This document shows, in pieces, positions 10,001-15,568 of a DNA stretch of 45,513 nucleotides. This DNA is from a bacterium (GTDB lineage Bacteria > Margulisbacteria > WOR-1 > CAVSGV01): the NCBI GenBank assembly GCA_043820455.1, contig JBDRDU010000066.1, positions 1-45,513 of the forward strand, given 5' to 3'. Made by a program: the position numbers and the translations under genes. The stretch's first letter is position 1, and every line of letters starts with the position of its first letter. Under the pieces are notes generated by a model. That model saw only the letters and a list, made by a program, of their open reading frames with translations. It was not told the DNA's origin and searched no databases.

Positions 10001-12297
10001 TCACTGTCATTACCGGAAGCGAGATAGCTGCTGGAATCGGTTTATTCATGATTAATGTTGCGGCTCCATCCATTTCCACTGTTGCGCCGGAGGCGGGACC
10101 TGCGGGAACGGCGCCTTGGACGACATATGTGAATATTACGGGGACTAATTTTGGTTCTTCACAGGGTACAAGCAAAGTTTATTTTGGGACCACGGATGCT
10201 GGGACTTCCGAGATCTGGACAGCCACCCGTATCGTTATTGCAGTCCCTGCTTCTTTATCAGTGGGGGTGAGCAATGTCAAAGTGACCGTAAGCGGTCAGG
10301 ACAGCAATACCTCTGCATTTACCGTTGTGACCGGTCAGATGATAGATAACGCCGAAAGCGCCGCCATGTATGATTACTATGATTCGGGGGCTAATGGGGA
10401 CGAGGCAAATATCCCGGTGCCGGCCCGCACCACTGAGGCTTACTTTGATGGCCAGAAGGCACTGAAGATTCAGTATCCGGGGGCTACAGAGGATCCATTC
10501 CAGTGGGGTGGATACCTCGCTGCAGGGATCAAGTCTCCTGCGACTAACCTGGATATAAGCTCAGCCAATATGCTGGTTTACAGAGTCAAAGGAGACGGCA
10601 CTGCCAATACCATAAGATTGGACCTTGCCGAATACACCGTGACTGCAGGAGACACTACCGAATCCTTCAGCTCTCTGGATAAATTCCTGCTCTCTGACAA
10701 CTCGAGCTTTAAGGAGTTCAAGGTTCCTTTCTCGAGAGTGTGGAGGGACAAGTACAGTAAGTTCAAGGGCAACAATACATTCTCTGGCCTGATAAGCGGA
10801 TATACTTTTGTTTATGGTGGGACTATGTCCACTGCTCAATATCACTATGTTGACGCGGTCTCAGCTGTTTCCTGGAGCGGGCCTATAGTCGACATAATTG
10901 GCCCCAACTTTGGGCAGACGGGCGCCGTCATTACCCTGGAGGGATCAGGGTTCGGCTCTACGGGTACTATTACCTTTAACGGGACGTCTGCGACACCCAC
11001 TTTCTGGAGCAATACCAGGATCGTGGTGCCGGTCCCGGCCGGTGCGACTTCCGGCTCGGTTGTCGTGACCGTTTCTTCCCAAGCCAGCAATGGAGTTTAC
11101 TTTGATGTCACTTCCAGTACGGGGGCGGTCATTACGGGACTTTCATCTTATCTCGGCCCTTCCGGGACCGTTGTGACCATCGAAGGTTCCGGGTTCGGGA
11201 GTGATCCGGGGGCCATTAACAGGTCGACCGCGGCAGAACACGTCACATTTGGCACCACGCCGGTCGCAACTTCGGATGTTGTGTCATGGGGCAGCACCAG
11301 GATCGTGGTAAAGGTCCCGACAATGGCGAACGGCACTTATGAGGTCCAGGTAAGAGCGAATAATAAAGAGAGCGGCCTTAAGAGTTTCAGAGTGGCGCCA
11401 CTGCCTGCATCAATTCTTAGCGTCAGCCCATCTGTTGGCTATCAAGGGGATGTGAGTTTGAGCTTGGTTGTTACAGGGGGAAATACCAATTTTGTGAATG
11501 GTACCTCAGTGGCTATATTCAGCGGCACAGGGATCACGGTAAATAGCACCAGTGTTCAGAGTGCTACCCAGTGCACGGTCAATATCACGATCTCAAACGA
11601 TGCTACGGCAACTGCCAGAGATATCACGGTAACTACTGGCGGAGAGATAGCTACTGGAGCCGGCCTGTTTACGATCAATTCTCCTTCGTTTGCCAGCATT
11701 ACGCCAAACAGCGGAGCGCAGGGAACCACTCTCACCGGCGTTGTGATAGTCGGGACAGGGACTCATTTTATTAATGGAAGGACAGGCGTTCTGTTCCCCG
11801 TTGGCGGCCATTTTGGGATTACCAATGTTCAGGTTACAGATGCAACACATTTAACTTGCGATATTATTATAGGAGCTTCGGCAGCCACGGGTGCAATGGA
11901 TATTACAGTTGTAACAGACAATAACAGTTTCATTGAAGAAGTTGGGGGAGCGAATGTTTTCACCGTGACAAAGAGCGACGAGGATAACCGCATTTATGAA
12001 AAAGCCGGAGGCATAATGATGGCTTATCCGAACCCGTTCAACCCTGCGGATAAAGCAAGCCCGCTCAAGATGCTCTTCAATGCGGCTACCGGGGAAGCTG
12101 TGAATATATACATTTTTGATGCGAACGGAAGGATAATCTACCAGCACAGGGATGTTGCGCTGGAAGCGAACAGGATTGCCCAATGGGATGGAGAAACGTC
12201 ATACGGCGAGGTAGTTGATAACGGGCTCTACCTTATAAGGGTCGTAAAGGACGGAAAATTGGTCGCAAAAGGCAAGATCCTGGTCATAAAAAAATAA
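7093..12297 (+). CDS. Large secreted surface protein: signal peptide, Ig-like and IPT/TIG repeats, two CBM/CIA30-like modules, and a C-terminal 'PNPFNP' beta-sandwich sorting-type domain (FlgD-Ig-like / T9SS-CTD-like).
   Basis: AGGAGA Shine-Dalgarno sequence upstream. N-terminus MNSKIKNLAGSLVLSLLLVGLCSSAAWA. Repeated ...VVITGQNTNFVNGTS..FSGTGITVNSTTV..STQCT.NITI... and ...ITGTNFGSSQGTSKVYF... modules. C-terminus AYPNPFNPADK...IYIFDANGRIIY...WDGETSYGEVVDNGLYLIRV...KGKILVIKK. Confidence 0.85.
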   Translation: MNSKIKNLAGSLVLSLLLVGLCSSAAWAVAATAKCASVANGGTDNFIYDSSGVGAVKLPAGKYVQIIQSDDATAGAPNSSTGVPSGDTVVVTGEIGTPTGYGAGEIAKSANITASKYIYIRAWDTWNGTGTPSGYYGTSTPANVGSGFVYSYKPVSFATTTQINAPALVSASPNSAYKGSSNLNVVITGQNTNFVNGTSVASFSGTGITVNSTTVSSSTQCTVNITIPTSASTGARNVTITTGSEIATGASLFTVNAPSLGVPSPASKYRGDTSFNISVSGTGTHFINGTTTASFGTGITVNSVTVTSATAATVNITMISTSAATGARDFSMITNLGALGTETVTKTGGFTVNAPSLSAPSPASGNQSWTGNVAVSGTGTHFINGTTTASFGTGITVNSVTVTSATAATVNVTIADDAAEGARNVVMTTNLGAPGTETVTRTGGFTVNAASVPTVSTVAPEAGPAGTAPWTTYVNITGTNFGSSQGTSKVYFDTTDAGTAEIWTATRIVIAVPAALSAGTSDIKVTVSGQDSNTYAFTVRTGQMIDNAESTAMYDYYDSGAGVDEANIPVPSLTTEAYYEGQKSIKIQYPGATGTQWGGFLAAGIKSPVTDLDLSSANMLIYRVKGDGTANTIRLDLAEYTMTAGDTTESFSSLDKFSLSDNSGFKEFKVPLSRIWRDKYSQFKGDNTFSGKIKGYTFVYGGTASTAQYHYVDVVSAVSWSGPIVDIIGPNFGQAGTVITIEGSGFGSTGTIAFNGTAATATSWNDTRIVVPVPAGAASGPVIVTVSSQTSNGVYFEVTSDVGPTITSLSSTLGPSGTLVTIEGSGFGSDPGAIDRSTAAEHVTFGTTRVSTSEITSWNNTAITVKVPTLADGTYEVQVRAGDKESNLKSFIVAPLPASLVSADPSSGYQGDTNLSVVITGQNTNFVNNVSAATFSGTGITVNSTTVQSSTQCTANITISSDASADARDITVITGSEIAAGIGLFMINVAAPSISTVAPEAGPAGTAPWTTYVNITGTNFGSSQGTSKVYFGTTDAGTSEIWTATRIVIAVPASLSVGVSNVKVTVSGQDSNTSAFTVVTGQMIDNAESAAMYDYYDSGANGDEANIPVPARTTEAYFDGQKALKIQYPGATEDPFQWGGYLAAGIKSPATNLDISSANMLVYRVKGDGTANTIRLDLAEYTVTAGDTTESFSSLDKFLLSDNSSFKEFKVPFSRVWRDKYSKFKGNNTFSGLISGYTFVYGGTMSTAQYHYVDAVSAVSWSGPIVDIIGPNFGQTGAVITLEGSGFGSTGTITFNGTSATPTFWSNTRIVVPVPAGATSGSVVVTVSSQASNGVYFDVTSSTGAVITGLSSYLGPSGTVVTIEGSGFGSDPGAINRSTAAEHVTFGTTPVATSDVVSWGSTRIVVKVPTMANGTYEVQVRANNKESGLKSFRVAPLPASILSVSPSVGYQGDVSLSLVVTGGNTNFVNGTSVAIFSGTGITVNSTSVQSATQCTVNITISNDATATARDITVTTGGEIATGAGLFTINSPSFASITPNSGAQGTTLTGVVIVGTGTHFINGRTGVLFPVGGHFGITNVQVTDATHLTCDIIIGASAATGAMDITVVTDNNSFIEEVGGANVFTVTKSDEDNRIYEKAGGIMMAYPNPFNPADKASPLKMLFNAATGEAVNIYIFDANGRIIYQHRDVALEANRIAQWDGETSYGEVVDNGLYLIRVVKDGKLVAKGKILVIKK
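8455..11697 (+). repeat. Two-copy tandem duplication inside the CDS. Each unit is about 1.62 kb (8455..10071 and 10072..~11697) and encodes IPT + CBM-like + IPT + IPT + Ig-like modules.
   Basis: (G/A)TTTCCACTGTTGCGCCGGAGGC(T/G)GGACCTGCGGG starts both units. The proteins are colinear over about 540 aa (VSTVAPEAGPAGTAPWTTYVNITGTNFGSSQGTSKVYF...). By eye, nucleotide identity is roughly 80-90%. Copy 2 carries small in-frame insertions such as EDPF. Confidence 0.9.
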
Positions 12298-12411
12298 CCT
12301 GTCTATGCAGTTGCCTCTTTGGGGCTTCTTGGTTTCAGCATTTGCGTTAATTCGCGTTTGCCGAAGCCGGAAAATCCGCCGCGGACGGACAAAATCAAAA
12401 ACAAAAAAAGT

Positions 12412-12443
12412 GAAATAAATGAAGTGATTTGACGATATATATA
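12412..12443 (+). promoter_or_regulatory. Shared upstream motif, copy B (GAAATAAATGAAGTGATTTGACGATATATATA), upstream of the barrel-SLH gene.
   Basis: It has the same 32-nt register as 7049..7080 (22 of 32 identical). It lies 63 nt upstream of the ATG at 12507. Confidence 0.4.
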
Positions 12444-12506
12444 TAGAGGGGAAAGGAGCTCGGGGGGATAGGGGAATGGAACGTAATGCTAGGGGGACAT
12501 GATTCG

Positions 12507-15137
12507 ATGAATTTGCTTGGTGAAAGAATAAAGGCAAAAGGCAAAGGGCAAAAGGTAAAAAGTGTTTATTTTTTACTTTTAGCCTGCACTTTTGCCTTTT
12601 TGCTTTTTAATTTTGACTCTGTGTATGCTCTTACGGCAGACCCGATGGATGTTTCAGTGGGAGCAAGGTCAATGGGAATGGGCAAGGCATATGTGGCCGT
12701 CGCAGAAGATGCGGAAACTGTGTTCGTTAATCCGGCAGGACTTGGCGCCGTATCCTCACTGAAGCTGAGCAGCATGTATACAAGCCTTCTTGATGATATG
12801 AACTACACTGTCATTTCCGGTGTATATCCTATGGACAATAATTCCGGCACGCTCGGAGCGGGTATCGTAAATCAGGTTGTGTCGGACATCCGTCTTTACA
12901 ATGACTACGGGACGGCTGAAGGCACTGGCACATACGGAAGCAACGTCTTTTTCGTTTCTCACGGGTTCGATCTTAGCAAAAAGATATTTCCTTACACTAA
13001 GAACCTCTATGGCGGATATACCCTTAAATATTTCATGAAGAGCGCGTCAGGGTTGGGCGCTTCGGACATGTCGGGGAGCGGTTTTGCCGCGGATATGGGT
13101 TTGTTATATAAGCCAAAGGGCTATGTGTCATATGGATTGACCTTGCAGAACATAATTGCCGGAACGATGAACTATGCCAGCGGACAGGAAGATGAGATCG
13201 GTTCTGCGATGAAGGTCGGAACGCAAGTGGCCGTTATGGGAGACGTCATGGACGGAGGAGCTATTTATCAGAGCGATTCAAAAGTTGATGTGGCGTGTGA
13301 TTATGATATAGGCATCAGGGGAAAAGTCCCTGCAACACTTCACTTGGGGGCGGAATATCAACCTCAGATCGGCGTTAATTACATAGACAGGATATTGACC
13401 CTTAGGGGGGGTATCAACCAGATCCCGACCCCGGCAGGGAGCGTAAGTAATATTACAATGGGCGTCGGTGTTAATTACCAGGGCGTCGAATTTAACTATG
13501 CTTACAGCCCTATGTACGGAGACATCCCAGGAACATCGACGCAATTCTTTTCCATATCATATGTAGGGGTACCGACGCCGGTAAAGCCGATAGAAGAAAT
13601 GAAACCGTTGATCTCGCAGGCGCCGTTGCTCAAGAATGTAACGCCTGATGACAAGGTCATTACAGGGAATCAGGCTGTCCTTATCCGGGGAGCTGTGGGC
13701 AACCCGGCAGATATCGCAAAAGTGGAGATAAATAATGTAGGGGTCAATGTTTCGGATACAGGCTCGTTCAATATGAACGTTCCGCTTTCAACGGTCGGGA
13801 AACATCTTGTAGATGTTCGCGCGACGGATGTAACAGGAAAGACCGAGGAGCGCCAGATAAAGGTCATAAGGCTCATGAAATTTGCGGACATTTCCGAGAA
13901 TCACTGGGCGTCGCTTCCCATAGGGGAGCTTGCTACTGTCGGCTTGATCGAAGGGTATCCGAACGGTACATTCCAGGCGGACAGGGCGCTGTCACGCGCG
14001 GAACTTGCCACGCTTCTTGTGAAGAGCAAGGGGATCGAGCCGCCTGCGGTCACGACAAGAACGTTCAAAGATATGCCGCCTTCGCACTGGGCTGCAAGAT
14101 ATGTAAAGAGCGCGCTTGCCATGGGGCTTGTCAATGGATATCCGGACGGGACGTTCAAGCCGAACAATAAGATAACGAGGACGGAAGGCGTGGTGGTCCT
14201 TACAAGGTTCAATGAACTTCAACAGCAGGCTTCGCTTCCATCAGGCCCGTATCCGGACCTTACGGCGAGATTCTGGGCATCGCCTTTCATAGCGTCAGCT
14301 CGAAGCGCGGGACTGCTTGATTACATCGGGGATAATGATTTTGAACCCAAGAGAGAGCTTACGAGGGCGGAAGCCGTTGAAATACTTTCAAAGACGAATT
14401 ACGGCAAAGCAAGGCTGAGCAGCCTGCTTGACTGGAACGTTGGATTTGAACCTGAGATCGCAAGGCCTGCAGTGGCCGCATATCCGACCCCGGCCGTTAG
14501 TCCTTCTGCCGGAATGTACGGAAGGCCTATGGCAGGGAGTGGTGCCGTGACCCAGCAGATAAGGGAATTTGCGGATGTACCCGATGGGTTTTGGGCGAAT
14601 AATTCAATAAAATATCTTGCCGCTGCCGGTGTTATGAACGGATATCCGGACGGGATGTTCAAGCCGGACAGGATCGTGACAAGGGCGGAGCTGGCTTCCA
14701 TGCTTGTAAAAGCAAAAAACATTCCAATAAGAAGTGTTTACACGACAGCATATTCGGATGTTTCAAGGCAAAGCTGGGCGGCGTCATACATAAAGGCTGC
14801 AGTTGATGCAGGTTATGTAACAGGGAGAAAAGGCAACAAGTTCGAACCGGATAGAGGGGCAACAAGGGCAGAAGCGGTTGCTGCACTGGTCAAGTTCGAC
14901 AATTTGGAGCTTCCGGCGAACCTTCGCGCAGGGCCGTTCATGGATATGACAGCGAAAGAGTGGTCATCCAAATATGTGGCTGCTGCAAAAGATGCCGGGA
15001 TGCTGGATTACCTGCAGGGACAGGATTTTGAAGCGGAAAAATCCATAACCAGAGCTGAACTTGCAGAGCTGATCTCAAAGACAAGATACGGGCAAGCTAA
15101 GATAGAACAGATAAAATCTGCCGGCGTATACGAGTAA
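12507..15137 (+). CDS. Outer-membrane beta-barrel protein (PorV/PorQ-like) with an Ig-like module and six C-terminal SLH domains.
   Basis: The ATG at 12507 has an AGGGGGA Shine-Dalgarno sequence 9 nt upstream. The ORF-track start at 12486 is the alternative. Signal peptide ...FLLLACTFAFLLFNFDSVYA. Barrel-opening motif VGARSMGMGKAYVAVAEDAETVFVNPAGLG, and an alternating strand pattern through ...TQFFSISYVG. Six repeats match the SLH pattern, for example FADISENHWA...GYPNGTFQADRALSRAELATLLVK, in two triplets separated by a Pro/Ala linker. Confidence 0.8.
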   Translation: MNLLGERIKAKGKGQKVKSVYFLLLACTFAFLLFNFDSVYALTADPMDVSVGARSMGMGKAYVAVAEDAETVFVNPAGLGAVSSLKLSSMYTSLLDDMNYTVISGVYPMDNNSGTLGAGIVNQVVSDIRLYNDYGTAEGTGTYGSNVFFVSHGFDLSKKIFPYTKNLYGGYTLKYFMKSASGLGASDMSGSGFAADMGLLYKPKGYVSYGLTLQNIIAGTMNYASGQEDEIGSAMKVGTQVAVMGDVMDGGAIYQSDSKVDVACDYDIGIRGKVPATLHLGAEYQPQIGVNYIDRILTLRGGINQIPTPAGSVSNITMGVGVNYQGVEFNYAYSPMYGDIPGTSTQFFSISYVGVPTPVKPIEEMKPLISQAPLLKNVTPDDKVITGNQAVLIRGAVGNPADIAKVEINNVGVNVSDTGSFNMNVPLSTVGKHLVDVRATDVTGKTEERQIKVIRLMKFADISENHWASLPIGELATVGLIEGYPNGTFQADRALSRAELATLLVKSKGIEPPAVTTRTFKDMPPSHWAARYVKSALAMGLVNGYPDGTFKPNNKITRTEGVVVLTRFNELQQQASLPSGPYPDLTARFWASPFIASARSAGLLDYIGDNDFEPKRELTRAEAVEILSKTNYGKARLSSLLDWNVGFEPEIARPAVAAYPTPAVSPSAGMYGRPMAGSGAVTQQIREFADVPDGFWANNSIKYLAAAGVMNGYPDGMFKPDRIVTRAELASMLVKAKNIPIRSVYTTAYSDVSRQSWAASYIKAAVDAGYVTGRKGNKFEPDRGATRAEAVAALVKFDNLELPANLRAGPFMDMTAKEWSSKYVAAAKDAGMLDYLQGQDFEAEKSITRAELAELISKTRYGQAKIEQIKSAGVYE
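12530..12612 (+). repeat. Hairpin-forming module with an A-rich arm and a T-rich arm, inside the 5' coding region. It is translated as the signal-peptide n-region and h-region.
   Basis: AAAGGCAAAAGGCAAAGGGCAAAAGGTAAAAAGTG - loop - CACTTTTGCCTTTTTGCTTTTT. The arms are imperfectly complementary. The T-arm matches the flgI module at 21 of 25 nt: CCTGCACTTTTGCCTTTTTGCTTTT versus CCTGTACTTTTTCCTTTTTCCTTTT. Confidence 0.55.
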
Positions 15138-15142
15138 GCACT

Positions 15143-15171
15143 AAATCCTAAATTCAAAATTCTAAAATTCC
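15143..15171. repeat. Left arm of an imperfect inverted repeat flanking the csoR-like cassette.
   Basis: AAATCCTAAATTCAAAATTCTAAAATTCC. With one 1-nt gap it matches the reverse complement of 15526..15554 (AAATCCAAACTTCAAACCTCAAAATCCCA) at about 24 of 29 positions. Confidence 0.55.
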
Positions 15172-15173
15172 GC

Positions 15174-15203
15174 TTGACAAAATATACCCCATACCTGTAT
15201 AGT
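15174..15203 (+). promoter_or_regulatory. Sigma70-type promoter: TTGACA-N18-TATAGT.
   Basis: TTGACA lies at 15174..15179 and TATAGT at 15198..15203. The spacer is one nt longer than optimal. The promoter sits directly upstream of the csoR-like gene. Confidence 0.55.
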
Positions 15204-15209
15204 GTATAT
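15182..15209. promoter_or_regulatory. Candidate operator: a 28-bp imperfect palindrome overlapping the -10 element.
   Basis: ATATACCCCATACC|TGTATAGTGTATAT has 11 of 14 symmetric pairs, giving the half-site ATATACnCnATAC. Its position fits autoregulation by the adjacent CsoR/RcnR-family repressor. Confidence 0.4.
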
Positions 15210-15222
15210 CAAGGTTCAAAAT

Positions 15223-15483
15223 ATGACCAATGCAGGCAAAGAAGGAACAATAAAAAGGCTTAACCGCATAAAAGGGCAGGTGGAGGGGATACTTCGCATG
15301 ATGGAAGGGTCCAAATCTGCTATAGACGTATTTCACCAGATCTCCGCGGCAAGAAAAGCGCTTGATTCGACCGGAAGGTTGATATTGGAGAACTACATCA
15401 GGGAAAATCTGTCAGGGGTTTCAAGGTCAAAGGAGGAAAGCGACAAGATAAGAGAAATAATTAAAATAATGGAAAAATTCTGA
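15223..15483 (+). CDS. CsoR/RcnR/FrmR-family (DUF156) transcriptional repressor that lacks the canonical sensing ligands.
   Basis: RLNRIKGQVEGILRMMEGSKSAIDVFHQISAARKALDSTGRLILENYIRENL aligns with the CsoR helical core. The ATG at 15223 is preferred because the ORF-track start at 15202 lies inside the predicted -10 element. The protein contains no Cys. Confidence 0.75.
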   Translation: MTNAGKEGTIKRLNRIKGQVEGILRMMEGSKSAIDVFHQISAARKALDSTGRLILENYIRENLSGVSRSKEESDKIREIIKIMEKF

Positions 15484-15525
15484 ACATAGAACTTAGGATA
15501 TGTTTGGGATTTGGATGTTTTGGGT

Positions 15526-15554
15526 TGGGATTTTGAGGTTTGAAGTTTGGATTT
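15526..15554. repeat. Right arm of the inverted repeat flanking the csoR-like cassette. It is embedded in a longer G/T-rich low-complexity tract at 15503..15555.
   Basis: TGGGATTTTGAGGTTTGAAGTTTGGATTT. The preceding TTTGGGATTTGGATGTTTTGGGT reiterates the same GGATTT-type unit. Confidence 0.55.
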
Positions 15555-15568
15555 ATTGAAGGGGGTGT

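Noticed and set aside
7620-12183. Minus-strand and off-frame ORFs inside the 1734-aa gene, for example 7620..8093, 9106..9618, 8826..9143 with its twin 10578..10775, and 11851..12183.
   Set aside because: The pairs 8826..9143 and 10578..10775 (the 10561..10845 ORF overlaps the latter in another frame) only reflect the 1.6-kb duplication on the opposite strand. None has a Shine-Dalgarno sequence, a known domain or independent support.
12445-12500. G-runs (GAGGGG...GGGGGG..GGGG...GGGGG) that could form a G-quadruplex upstream of the barrel-SLH gene.
   Set aside because: The loop lengths of about 12, 3 and 16 nt are poor for a stable G4. The G-runs are more simply explained as Shine-Dalgarno-like purine tracts preceding the two candidate start codons.
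12199-12537. A 112-aa minus-strand ORF spanning the intergenic region between the cargo gene and the barrel-SLH gene.
   Set aside because: It overlaps the 3' end of one well-supported CDS and the 5' end of another. Its sequence is Phe/Ile/Ser/Arg-rich low-complexity, derived from the A-rich repeat on the other strand.
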